A DNA stretch of 63,975 nucleotides, counting the filler, from Octopus bimaculoides (Eukaryota), in NCBI RefSeq assembly GCF_001194135.2. It is 7 parts of 7 records of this genome, joined end to end, with 100 filler letters (N's around TTAATTAATTAA, not from the genome) between each part and the next. Parts side by side here need not be neighbours in the genome. Positions count along the whole stretch, not along the records: positions 1 to 18,677 come from NC_068985.1; 6 more parts are not named here. One strand, 5' to 3'. Shown one piece after another: positions 1 through 12,541 of the stretch (position 1 is the first letter of the stretch; every line of letters starts with the position of its first letter). The position numbers and the translations under genes were made by a program. Below the pieces are notes generated by a model. The model worked only from the letters and a program-made list of their open reading frames with translations, searched no databases and was not told the DNA's origin.

Positions 1-421
1 ATATATATATATATATATAATGTGACTTTGATGATCGTTGTCCCTCCAGATTTCGCCTGCCCTTTGACAGGGCTTGGTATTCTTCTTCTCGCAGAATGCC
101 CTAAAGCTATCTTCTTCAGTATTATTGCTAGTTTTATTGCCGACCATGCAATAGCACACACGCACACATGCGCGCGTGCGAGTATACACACACTCTCACA
201 TGCGTGCGTGTATATATGTTTATGTGTGTTTTTCCGTGTGTATGTGTGCATATCAGGAAAATATACACCTCATACTTTACTCAAAGTTTTATTCCTAGAA
301 ATAATTCTCTCGGGACGTATTAGGTTGCGTGAGCTAATCCTACAGAGGCAACTACTTTTAAATTGTATTTTGTATATTTATAATTAGAATTATTTGGAAA
401 TACAACCCGCACAATCATATA

Positions 422-1318
422 CGAGGAGATACCCAAAAGTAACCGGAGACGTTCTCTATGGGACAAACCCTTTGTAGTTCAGGCTTCCACCGCTAGGAGC
501 CACTTGATGAAACCCTTATGCATCGGTCTACCATATTGCGTCGTCCATTAAAGTCATGCTGTCACGTGGTGCGTCTTTGTTTGGCAGTGCTTCTCTGTTA
601 GTCAATTTTTGCAGTGGCTGAAATGACGAAAAGCGTGTTTCTGTGAGACTCTGTTTTCTGTTGAGAAAAAACGCCGTCCAAAACAGTTGTCATGCTTCAA
701 AAAGCTTACAAGGGCGCTGCCATGAGCAAAGCACAACTTTGCCAGTGGTCTTTATGCTTTAGAAATATTCACTTGTCGCTTGAAGACCAACCTCATTTAG
801 GACGACCGTCGACATCCCGAACGAATGAAAATATCACGAAAATTCATGAACTGATCTTGGAGGACTATCACCAAACAATTGACGAGTTTCTTGATCTGAC
901 TGGTGTGTCCTGGCTCTCCTGCCAACAAATTTTGAGTGAGGAATTACGAATGAAAAGAGCTGCAGCAAAATTTGCGCCTCATTTGCTCACGGAGAATCAA
1001 AAGCAGTCACGACCGAATTCGTATCGGGAGCTAAACAGTTGGAAGCTGATCTGGACCTTTTTTCGAAGGTCATCAGTAGCGATGAAAGCTGGTGCTACGG
1101 AATCTGCAGATGTAGAGGAGGTGAAGCAAAAAACGACGGAGGCGTTAAAAAGCATCACTCCGGAAGAGTTCCAGCACTGCCTCGAATAGTGGAAAAGGGG
1201 TCTAGACCGATGCATGGCTTGAAATCGTGACACTATGAAGGCGATAAAAGTGTAAACGTGTAAAACTAAGTGAATAAAATAATATTGAAAACTCCAGTTT
1301 CTTTTGGGTACTCCCAGA
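422..1318 (+). mobile_element. Mariner element, internally deleted (about 0.9 kb)
   Basis: Imperfect TIRs (cgaggagatacccaaaagtaaccgga / tccagtttcttttgggtactcccaga) flanked by TA at 420-421 and 1319-1320. Transposase remnants: HTH region (GRPSTS...FAPHLLTE), ISSDESWCYG, then a direct jump to the C-terminal EEVKQKTTEALKSI...CLE. The second and third catalytic Asp region is missing. Confidence 0.9.
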
Positions 1319-1319
1319 T

Positions 1320-1885
1320 ATGTGTGTGTGTGTGTGTAAGTGTGCTTGGGTGTGCGTGCGTATGTGTGTGTGTATGTGTGTGAGTGCGTGTGTGTGTGTG
1401 TGTATGTGTGTATGTGTGTATGTGTGTGTGTGTGTGTATTTGTATCCGTATCCGTGTGTGTGTGTGTACCAAGCATATTTAACTCTGGGCAACAATATGC
1501 AAAGACATTCGAACACAGGAGACAATTTACACTCGAAATATTTTTACAGATCGACCTTCTTGTTTTTCTTATCGAAGTGGTGTTCTGGCAGATGCAAATT
1601 CCATTGAAATTATGTTCGATATATGTAAACACAGATACTTCAACTGCAGTTTTGGTCTTCAGCGGCTATGACATAGCTGAAGTAGCATGAAGAACATTTT
1701 GTAAAGTTTGCATCTCCTTCTATAAATATATGTGTGCGTGTGAGTGTGTACACATGTGCATATACGTATGTATGTATGAATGTATGTATGTATGTATGCA
1801 TGCATGCATACATACATACATACATACATACATTCATACATACATACATACATACATACATACATTCATACATACATACGTATAT
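1320..1885. repeat. (TG)n and (TATG/TACA)n microsatellite cluster
   Basis: Directly visible at 1320-1467 and about 1750-1885. Confidence 0.9.
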
Positions 1886-2099
1886 GCACATGTGTACACA
1901 CTCACACGCACACATATATTTATAGAAGGAGATACACACACATATTGAAAAAGAATATCGATAAGGTCGTCTCGAGAAATTGTCGAGCGACTGATATCAT
2001 GGTGTCATAACATTTCAAATGAAATTACGTTTGAAACAGTTACCACAGAGCAGCTAAAACTCCTGTTCTTGTAGTGATCATTTTAAACAACTTTTGACT

Positions 2100-2725
2100 T
2101 ATTACCTCCGCCAAGGAAGAAGGTTATGTTTTCATCAGCGTTGGTTTGTCCGTTTGTCCGTTTGTCCGTCTCTGTGCAAAATAACTCAAAAAGGTGTGAA
2201 CGGTATTTAATGAGACTTGCAGGGAAATTTGGCAATGACACAATGGATAGATGATGAAATTTTTGTAGTGATGCTGGAATTTTTATGGATTCTTGAAGGA
2301 TTTTTCATTTGTTATATTTACTTTACATGAAGTATTACAATGTTACGTTCTTTGATTATTTCCCTTGAAAACACGTTCATCGTTTCCATATAACCTATGG
2401 TGGCATTGCTGTTTGAAAAGTTTATCTTCGTTTCTCTGTGTGTGTATCACTCAAGTTTTAGGTAATTGTTGTTTCTTTTTAGTTGTATGGGGAAACTAGC
2501 TTGCTGTTGTCATTGATGCATTATAACAGCTTCAGATGATTCCTGTTTTTAAAGGTTCTTTTCTTTTTTTTAAATCATATGGCTGTGTTATTTTTTTTAA
2601 CTCTGCCAAGGAGGCTATGTTTTTGTCGGCGTTGGTTTAGAAAATTGGGCGATTTTCAGAATGTGTCTATATGGGTGGAAATGAGCTGCTTGGCGGAGGT
2701 CTGCGCTCTCCGAGTGCTTTTCTAG
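2100..2725 (+). mobile_element. Non-autonomous DINE-1/HINE (Helentron-type)-like element
   Basis: Perfect 12-bp subterminal inverted repeats acctccgccaag (2104-2115) / cttggcggaggt (2689-2700). A (gtttgtcc)n microsatellite follows the 5' subTIR, and a short 3' hairpin gcgctc-tcc-gagtgc precedes ctag. Flanks are TT. Confidence 0.65.
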
Positions 2726-3537
2726 TTTCAATCTTGTTTTCTTTCGTACAGTATTGCTCGATATCTTCACCAACATTTTCAAGTTGAATTTCGAGAAATG
2801 TAATGACTAACTGTCAATATTTTCATGATCAGCAAAGACATGAATTGAAATAAATATTGTTCTAATAATTATTTGATCAATATTTCAATGACCGTCTTCC
2901 TAACCTGGATCCAGTGGAACACCTGGATGTAAAAGTTGAAGCAAGAGAGACTAAGATGAGCACTAACTGATAGTCATATTATTTGAATATACAGCTCAAG
3001 AATCCAAATGTGATGATTTAGTCTTTCAGGACGTCAGTGAGAAAGGAACGTGGTGCTGAGAGTGTAAGTCTATTAACAGAGTAAAAAGCATTAGCTGTTT
3101 TGAGTACTTATACTGTAAAATATTGTATCCTAAGGCCATTAGGAGCCAGAAATAATATGTATCAACAACGATCTTATTTACAAATATAAATTACAGCTAT
3201 GCCTTTTATACTCTACTGAAGTTTTCGTGCAAGGGAGAAGAAAATATTTTATACTCTTTGCCAAGTCTTCATGTGTGACAGTGTCTAACCACTTTTGAAA
3301 TATAATGGGATCAATATTGGACTGATTATTTCGATAACAGCAGAGAATGCAATTCTTTAATGTCTTCTGTATCTACATCGGCCATATTATACGTCTAAAG
3401 AAGAATTTTGATTTATTAAAGATGCAAAAACAAGATGGAAATAATGAGTGGTTGGTTTGTGATTAAACGATGTAGGTTGATTCAGCATCATTATTCTTCA
3501 TAACGAAAAAGAGAAATCTAAGTGAAAATGTATGAGT

Positions 3538-3651
<114 letters not shown>

Positions 3652-4688
3652 TTTGCTGCTCTGTGTCTTATGCTTCCATTGGGGAAAACTTTCTTCTCTG
3701 ATGTCTCGTTGGTTTTCAATTATTATCAATGCTTTTACTTTGCTTCATTTCTAAGTAAGGTTGTTAGGTCTACGCAAAGCCACCTCTACTTCTGGAAAGA
3801 CGTGATTCATATACGTCTGACCTCTAAATTTTGACCTGACCAGCTTGAAAAGCCCTACCAAGAACCTGAGTTCTGTTGGCATAGCACGCAGTAGTAGTGG
3901 TGGGGGTCATTGAGGCACACAAATTACCACTCAGCATTAGGACTGGACTGTGTGGTGGGTGTGTAACAATGAATGAGGTGAAAGCACTGTGGTAGAGGAA
4001 GAGACGAAGCGCCCCGAGAATATTATGGAATGATGCAGAGAGCGGATGGAACACGTGTAAACATATTCGAGCATACAACCTAAATAAAAACACTAAATAA
4101 GACGATGATGTTATTCGTTAGCGTTTCAAAATACCCACTTGCAGATTAGTCAGCTTTCCCTTGCTTCTCGTATGTATAAATCATTAACAAGTTTGCTGTT
4201 CAAATTGGAATTATCGGAAAAATGCTTAGAAACAGGGTCACGTATTGTATAATTCCAGGCCATAATATCATTAAGCTGAGAGTAGCTGATTTACTATCAC
4301 CTATATATTCCTGCATGTTTAAAATGCTGATGTGGTAGGTCTTGAGTCATAAGATCAAATTTGACGTAAGCGATACTTTCTGCCATCTATATAGGAATTA
4401 CCAGCTTTCTTACAGATTCTTGTCAACTGACTTTAGACAAATTCAGAATAAATAATGATTATTCGTTCTGTTCTTATTCCAATAACGACATTTTAGGTTT
4501 ATATGTTTTTGAAATGATGATAAAGTTACCTTCTACAACGAAACCTATCTTTATTGTTGGATCTTTCAAAAGTTGAATCGTAATGTTCTTGCATTAACAT
4601 TGATTCTGCATGATACCAGTTACTATCATTATTATTATTATTGTTGTTGTTGTTATTATTATTATTGCTAGTAGTATTGCTGTTTTTG

Positions 4689-4756
<68 letters not shown>

Positions 4757-4757
<1 letters not shown>

Positions 4758-4975
4758 AGGCGGTGAATTAGCAGACTCGCTAGCTCGTCGAACAAACTGC
4801 TTAGCGACATTTCGTCCGTCTTTACCTTCTGAGTTCAAATGCCGCCTAGGTCGGCTTTGCCATTCATTCTTTTGGGGTCGTTAAATTAGTACCAGTTGGG
4901 CACTGGACTCGATGTAATCGGCTTTCATCCGCCCAAAATTCCTGGGCTTGTGCCAAAATTTGAAACCATTATTAT
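4757..4975 (+). mobile_element. tRNA-derived SINE, family A
   Basis: A-box-like ggcggtgaattagcaga, B-box-like gagttcaaatgcc, shared body ttcgtccgtctttac...gtaccagtt...gatgtaatcg, ATT tail. Confidence 0.8.
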
Positions 4976-4977
4976 TA

Positions 4978-6270
4978 CTAGCAAATCTACCCATCTACGA
5001 TGGAGGTATAAAATGAGGGAGGGAAGTCATAACAGCAGTATGTATTGAGAAATGTGTAAATGGACTCGATAGATTACTGGGTGATGTCTTAGAGAAATCA
5101 CATTATTGTTGGTGGTACAGCATTCTATTGCAGCTATATGACATGTGTTTGCGATTAAGTGACATGTGATGATGATTCACTCCCGAACTGAAATTGACTC
5201 CCAGCCTCTGCATTATGAATGGTTATTTAGACTACTTCTAATCAAAGCCAGAGTTTCTTTCGACCACTACATAAAAAAGTATTAAGAAGCAAATGCTATT
5301 TAGATATACTTTTATTTTAATAGTTTACGCTATTTTACACTTGTTTATATTCTTATATATTCAAAGTTCACAAATTTCCTTATTTAAATTATGAATCATA
5401 TTCCTTTTTATTATATTAATATGATTACAAAATTTCTTGGTAGACTATATTTTCTGTTTGATCGACACTAATTTTCAAATTACTGGAGTCCGTTGCTCTA
5501 CTCATAGCGACGAGTAACTGGCCGTGTGTAAACATCAGAGTGTGTAAAAATACACCTACACAATCTAAAGTTTGGTCCTGTGCCTTGTTTGATGTGAATG
5601 CGCGTGCGGATTCTTTAGGGTTGGAAAAAATCAAACTAAGACTTACCTCTCCCTCTTCTATGTGAATAATGTCTGGATGTTCTGGTACCATGGGTTATTT
5701 TGATTGACAAAACTAAGATGTAAGCAACAGCCGCTTCGATTAGTCGTGTCGAATCCTGCTTGGGACTGACACACTTCAATAACCATTAAATAATCACATA
5801 CACTATATATTGACACACATTTTTCCATTCTACTTTCGCTATTAACCGTCCTTGTGACCTCTTTCGTATCAACGACGGGGCCACGAACTATACGATGAAA
5901 ATCTAGAGTTATTCGTGGTCGGTGAATCTTTAATAAAAGTGTGGTTCATCAATTCAAAAATCGATATTCACGAAATAATCATACATTCGGATTTTTTAAT
6001 GCTAAAAAGCTTCCTGTCGACAGTGTTTGTAATCCCGAAAAATATCTTGACCATTGGTCCAGCCATCTGACAGTGAAGAGGGAACAGACAAAGAGACGGT
6101 CAGACAGACAGACAAACGACATAACGCCCATTATAGTAAGATAACAAATCTGCCCATCTGCAATGGGAAATAAATGGATAGTATCGCAATTCTAAACCCT
6201 CTAAATTCATAAACTATATTGTGGGCGGGGGATTCGAGAGTTAATCTTCGTCGCCGGTATTTTAACAAAA
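4978..6270 (-). mobile_element. Helitron tract: internally deleted element(s) with PIF1-type helicase C-terminal remnant
   Basis: Minus strand: A|TCttactataa start at 6141 followed by (gtct)n. Remnant 5691-5425 (FTSNKAQDQTL..VG.....FTHGQLLVAMSR...TENIVYQEIL*) matches Helitron helicase motifs V/VI. 3' hairpin ccatc-gta-gatgg then CTAG|T at 4981-4978. A second related hairpin lies at 6153-6167. Internal boundaries are uncertain. Confidence 0.8.
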
Positions 6271-6374
6271 AATTAAAAGGCTTTATTAATGTAAAACTTA
6301 ATATCCATTAAATAATCATACTCTTTCACTTGTTTTTTCGTTAAAATCTTTCCTGTTTACATCATTCGTAATCC

Positions 6375-6858
6375 TTGAAACCCAATATATCCATCATGTC
6401 TACCTGTTTGATGAGGGTACACCATGCACATGCATCACAACCATATGTGCGCGACATCATGATCTCATGTCAAGAGGCTCAGTGCGTGGCTTTTCAGGTG
6501 GGGCTCAGTTAGGATTTTCTTCAAATCAGGCAGTCCATCCTACTCAAAAGGTCCCTGAATAAGGGTTGTTTAAGGTTGTTGAATGAAACAGCCATTTTTC
6601 CAGAGGTGAATTATTCAAACCCCAAAGAATTCCACTCAACACATAGCTCATGATCAGAGACGCACATATCGTCAGCCACTAAGTGACATGCTCAACTGGT
6701 TAAGGTAAAAAAAATTAACAAGCAACTCTGTGGTATTGATCAGAATATTTACTGTAGCACATCTTTTACACTGAGACAAAACATGTACATGATAGAATTT
6801 CCAATCAGTTAAGATCAGAAGCCATGTGAGCTAGTGCCTGGTACTGCATCAGGGCATA

Positions 6859-6868
<10 letters not shown>
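6375..6868. repeat. Second, left-truncated copy of the 570-bp repeat
   Basis: Colinear with 9260-9767; ends gggcatatc followed by (ATT)n at 6869-6960. Confidence 0.75.
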
Positions 6869-6913
<45 letters not shown>

Positions 6914-6921
6914 CATTATTA

Positions 6922-6960
<39 letters not shown>

Positions 6961-7387
6961 GTCAAAACGAAGAGCGCGATTTTAGATGTTTTATTTTTTG
7001 AACAACATTTCGACAGAACGTCTGTCTTTCTCAAGTTCAAACCAAAAGGTGATTGAAAATTCAAAATTTCAGAAACCAAACGTAAACTTCTTTCTCTCTT
7101 TTTCTTTTCTTTTTCTGTCATCTTCCTTTTTCTTTCTTTCTNNNNNNNNNNNNNNNNNNNNNNNNNNNNNNNNNNNNNNNNNNNNNNNNNNNNNNNNNNN
7201 NNNNNNNNNNNNNNNNNNNNNNNNNNNNNNNNNNNNNNNNNNNNNNNNNNNNNNNNNNNNNNNNNNNNNNNNNNNNNNNNNNNNNNNNNNNNNNNNNNNN
7301 NNNNNNNNNNTAAAACATCTAAAATCGCGCTCTTCGTTTTGACTATTTACCTTCGTGAAGAGTTACGTCAATCCTTCTTTTTTTAAA

Positions 7388-7462
<75 letters not shown>

Positions 7463-7464
<2 letters not shown>

Positions 7465-8488
7465 TTTACTCCTCAGTGTTCTCGGTCTTAATATGTTTGA
7501 TTCTGTGAGTGCGGATAGCAACGTATTGCCATAGGTCTTACAAGGTCCCTTTCTTCACATTATAAGCTTTAGCACTTGGATGTTAACTTATCGTGGAAGA
7601 CACACAACATCCAAGCATCAATCTCAAAATCCTAGCTGTCCGCAACAGTTTTGGGCCTGCTCTGCCATCATCTCAATTTCAATTTCTCCGACATATTTCT
7701 CGAACTTGGTTGTTAGTGCTCCGAGTACTTCTGGGATAACAGTTATTCTGATCATTGCCTACATTCTTACAATTTCATCTTTTAGTAGTCTATCTTTTTC
7801 CATCTTTTCCGGTTCTTTGTCATCTACATGTGCATCCCCGGGTATGGCAATATCTATGATATTGGTTTTCTTTTGTCTTTTTATCTATCACAACATCTGG
7901 TTTCCAAGCATCGATTAAGTAGTCACAATGGATTGTAAAATCCCACATCGTTCTCAGTGACGCCCCCCGGTTCATGTTAGTATCATTTCGTGCTCTGTCC
8001 AGACTGTGTTTTTCAGTCTCCAGTGAACAAACTTAGCCACGTTATCGTACGTTCTTTTTGTAGTACTTTTGGGCCAGGTTGCTACACTCACTGACAATAC
8101 GTAAGATTGTTTCCTTTTTTGCTGTCATACAAAGGGGCGACTCGCTGCTCTTATCTATTTGGAACTTGGTGCAATTAGTTCTCAGAGCTTGTTTCTGGCC
8201 GCTGCATATCAATGCCTTAGTGCATCCTTTCATATCACGTTTTCTTAGCCATCTCCAAATGTTGGTATTGTCTATCTCTTCGATTTCTCTGAGGTATTGA
8301 CAATGCATTGTTTTTCATTTTCCAAGCAAGGATTCACTCTGCTGTTTGATGTGCCATACCAGATTGTTCTCTCGTTGACAACACACATTTTTGCATCTTA
8401 TGCGGCCGCTTTCTCCATTTTTCCTAGGAACATACAGTGTATCAATATCGCTTTTTGGGTATAGTTCCTTAATAACAGTCATCACTGC
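7463..8488 (-). mobile_element. 5'-truncated R4/Dong-like non-LTR retrotransposon (restriction-like endonuclease region), degenerate
   Basis: Minus-strand remnants WRWLRK.D.KG.T.ALICSGQ.QALRTN...IDKSSESPLC...ETI..IVSECSNLAQK.YK and IIDIAIPGDAHVDDKEPEK...VIPEVLGAL match the zinc-knuckle plus PD-(D/E)xK C-terminus of R2/R4-group elements. The 3' end abuts a long (TAA)n tract (7389-7462). Confidence 0.8.
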
Positions 8489-8489
8489 T

Positions 8490-8544
<55 letters not shown>

Positions 8545-8545
8545 A

Positions 8546-8579
<34 letters not shown>

Positions 8580-8581
<2 letters not shown>

Positions 8582-8920
8582 TGGCAGAAATGTTAGCACG
8601 NNNNNNNNNNNNNNNNNNNNNNNNNNNNNNNNNNNNNNNNNNNNNNNNNNNNNNNNNNNNNNNNNNNNNNNNNNNNNNNNNNNNNNNNNNNNNNNNNNNN
8701 NNNNNNNNNNNNNNNNNNNNNNNNNNNNNNNNNNNNNNNNNNNNNNNNNNNTCGTCTGCCGTTACGTTCTGAGTTCAAATTCGGCCGAGGTTGACTTTGC
8801 CTTTCATCCTTTCGGGGTTGATTAAATAAGTACCAGTTAAGCACTGGGGTCGATGTAATCGGCTTAATCCCTTTGTTTGTCCTCTCTATGTTTAGCTCCC
8901 TGTGGGAAATAAAGAAATAA
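8580..8920 (+). mobile_element. SINE family A (interrupted by N gap)
   Basis: ttggcagaaatgttagcacg...gagttcaaattcggccgaggttgactttgcctttcatcc; lies between (CAT)n and (ATT)n tracts. Confidence 0.75.
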
Positions 8921-8936
8921 ATTATTATTATTATTA

Positions 8937-9013
<77 letters not shown>

Positions 9014-9199
9014 TTGTTATTATTTTGTTTCTATTTCTTGCTTGGTGTCTTCCCGACACCTAAGGCAAATACACTCATTGCATACATTAGTAAGCCTTTA
9101 AAATAAATAAAAAAACGATTGTACATTTACAAAGTCAAGATATATGGTAGATAAAGTGAAAAAAATAAAGAAAGAAAAAGGAAAAAATACCATTATCAT

Positions 9200-9767
9200 T
9201 ATTGAGTGAGAGAGCAGCGCATGCCATGAACGTGACACTCGGGTGCAAAAATACGAAGACCAGTATCTCCATTATGACTACCCATCGGATGAGGGTACGC
9301 CAGGCACATGCATCACAACCATATGTGGGAGAAATGGTGATCTCATATCAAGATAAACAGCAAACAGCGCAAGAGCTTGCAGGTGAGGCCCAGTTAGAAT
9401 TGTCTTCAAGTCGAACAGCCCAATCTGCTAAATAGGGCTCTGAATAAGGGCTGTTTAAGGATGTTGAACGAAACACTCATGTTTCCAGAGGTGAATTATT
9501 CAAACCCAAAAGAATTCCACTCAACACATGGCTATGATGCTCCCCCACTACTTCTGCTCATTATCAGAGAAGTACATATCGTCGGCTACGAAGGGATATA
9601 CTCAACTGGTTATGGTCAAACAAGTGACAAGCAAATTTGAGGTATTGAGGTGAATATTTGCTGTAACCTATCTTTTATACCAATGCAAAAAACATGTACA
9701 TGATAACACTTTCAGTCAGTTAAGATCAGCCATGAGAGCCAGTGCTTGGTATTACATTAGGGCATTT
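9200..9767. repeat. About 570-bp unclassified interspersed repeat, (ATT)n-flanked
   Basis: Homologous to 6375-6868 (e.g. ccagaggtgaattattcaaaccc.aa.gaattccactcaacacat). ATT-type repeats on both sides; no coding remnant recognised. Confidence 0.75.
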
Positions 9768-9845
9768 ATCATTATTATTATTATTACTATTATTATCATT
9801 ATGATAATAATTATTCTTGTTGCTGTTGTTGTTGCTCTTATAACT

Positions 9846-10288
9846 AAGGTGGCGAGCTGGTAGAATCGTTAGCTCACCGTGCAAAACACTTAGCGGCATT
9901 TCGTCCGTCTTTACGTTCTGAGTTCAAATTCCACTGAAGTTGACTTTGTCTTTCCTCCTTTCGGGATCGATAAAATAAGTACCAGTTGAACACTGGGCTC
10001 GATGTAATCAACTCATCCCCTCCCTCAATATTGCTGCCCTTGTAACAAACTTTGAAACCTTTATTATTATTGTTGTTGCTGTTGTTACTAAGGCGGCGCG
10101 CTAGCAGAATCTTTAGCACGCTGGGCAAAATGTTTAATAGCATTTCAAATGCCTAGCGTTCAAATTCCAACGTTGTCGACTTCGTTTTTCATGCTTTCGG
10201 GGTCGATAAATTAAGCACCAGTGAGTCACTGGGGTTGATGTAATCGACTAGTGCCATCCCTCAATATTTACTAGAAACTATTATTATT
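9846..10288 (+). mobile_element. Two tandem SINE family A copies (about 9846-10066 and 10090-10288)
   Basis: Each starts aagg(t/c)ggcg.gct.g.agaat and carries the B-box and shared body; separated by an ATT/GTT repeat. Confidence 0.8.
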
Positions 10289-10889
10289 TTGTGGCTTTAC
10301 TAGAAATTAATATTATTTTATACACATGTCACCACAAATTTACAGGCATCTTTGAGGAATGAAAATAATATTCATCACGTTCAGGCTTAACTACTTTGTG
10401 TTATAATTTAATTAACATGATGTCATATTGTATGGTCAATTGTAATGCCTTCTTTATATTTCTTTGTTTTTGTTTTTAATTTGTCATTTAGTGGGAGGAA
10501 GTTGGTGATTTTGCTGCATCACGCATCAACATTCTCATGCTCGTCTTTTTAGAATTTTTGTAGTGAATTTCGCAGTATTTCGCAGAATAAACAGCCTCGG
10601 TATTCGGTTCTTTATTTTTCCTTTCTTTATTTTATTCAAATAATTTTTCAGTAATGTTTTAATATTCCTGCTTGATTGGTTTGTTTATTTGATAGGTTTG
10701 ATTACCACTTCTAGCATCACCAGTTTCCTTTTTTGTTCCTACTCAAACTAGCAGTTATTTCCAATGTTTTATTGTTCACATTGCTTTCCTGTCATGTTGA
10801 ATATTCTTTATTATTTTTATTTCAAATTTAACTGTAGTCATTGTGTTTTACAGTATCTTAAATACAACAAAGTAAAGAACTGTGTAATG

Positions 10890-11335
10890 TTCTCATTTGA
10901 ATTAATTCCATTGTGTCTTTTCATATTCGGTTTTGATATGCACTCATTCTGCGACAATTTCGAGTCTTACGAACACCCCTCAATCACTTACCGAATGCCT
11001 TGGCAAAGAATGAACAGCATAAAATTGATTTTACTCCAGAAAATACAGAAAATACAGAAAATAACCCCGTTTTTCCTCAGTCAAAAAATATATCAATATT
11101 TGTCAATATGTTTTCATTTGAATTAATTTTATACAGTCTCTTTATTCGACTTGATATTCGAATTTGATATGTGCTCATTCCGAAAAAATTTCGAATTTTA
11201 CTATTAATCCTCAGTCACTTACAAAATGTTTTGGCAAAGCATAAACGTCACAAAATTGATTTTACTCCATCAAATACTAAAAGCCCCTTTTCCCAGTCAA
11301 GATAAATCAATACTTGTCAAAGTGACTTCTGTTTT
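10890..11335. repeat. Degenerate tandem duplication, period about 220-230 bp
   Basis: tcatttgaattaatt near 10892 and 11113; aaattgattttactcca near 11022 and 11253; ttggcaaag in both units. Confidence 0.65.
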
Positions 11336-12116
11336 TATCATTGTGACATTAAGTTTGATGCCAGAATTGATAGAACAAAGAACAAATACTTTGGAAATGT
11401 TTCAATTATATTTAACATGCTCATGTTACTCAAACGTGGAAAGTCTTCATCTGCGAAGTAGTCTCGGGAGAGAAATTAATATATTTCAGTCAACGTTACT
11501 TAGTGAGCCTCTAATTAATTAATTTAATTAATTAACTGATTAATTCTAGCTTGACAAAATCATGCGCTTATCAGCAAATTTATTATTTGTTGTTTAAATC
11601 TATGAACGACAGTTTGAGTATCAGTATTTGATGAAGCGTAACGGCATAAAAAACATGTGTCCTGCTCTCCGATATGATCATTTACAGCCCAGTGTTTTGT
11701 GTTTCGCACCCATTAACTTTCTTTCGTGAGACAATTTCAGCAGCAAATGTCTTTCCACGTTTGTGTGCACACGAACGTGTTAATTATAATTGTACTCAAC
11801 TCTGTTTCAATCAATACTACTTTGTACACCTGTAGTCAATTAAATTACTTTGAGGCTATTGTAAACATTTATTTTAAACTTACGTATAATGGCCACAAAC
11901 TTTGAGTGATCAAACACTTGTTAATATCGATCTCAATACTTGATTGATACTTAATTTTACTGACTGTAAATTTTTGATTGACCAAATCATAACTAGCAGG
12001 ATTTGAAACTTGGACATAAAGTAAAGAATATATTGAGAGCTTTTTCATTTAGTAGCTGAACTGATTTTAACATCACTGTTGTTTAGATATGATGGTTTAA
12101 CAGTTAAAAATAGCAT

Positions 12117-12335
12117 AAGGCGACAAACTGCTAGAATCTTTAGAACCTCGGACAAAATGCTTTGCGGCATTTCTTTCTACTCATTACATTCTTAGTTCAA
12201 AACGCACTGAGGTCAACTTTGCCTTTCAACCGTTCGAGGTCGATAAAATGAAGTGCCAGTCAAGTATTGGGGTAGATGTAATCGTCTTGTCCCTTCCCCT
12301 CGAAGTTGCTGGCTCTTGAAATTTTTGCCACAGAC
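12117..12335 (+). mobile_element. SINE family A, diverged
   Basis: Homologous head and body (gaggtcaactttgcctttc...gtcgataaaat...gatgtaatcg). Confidence 0.65.
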
Positions 12336-12471
12336 CAGTGTCCCTTATAAGGCGAATGTTGTGATTACGGTCATTTATACACCATAAAAGCATCATGAGG
12401 TATATGGACACTCTACGCTTTTACTTGAAATACACAGACACACACACACACACACATACATACATTCATAC

Positions 12472-12541
<70 letters not shown>

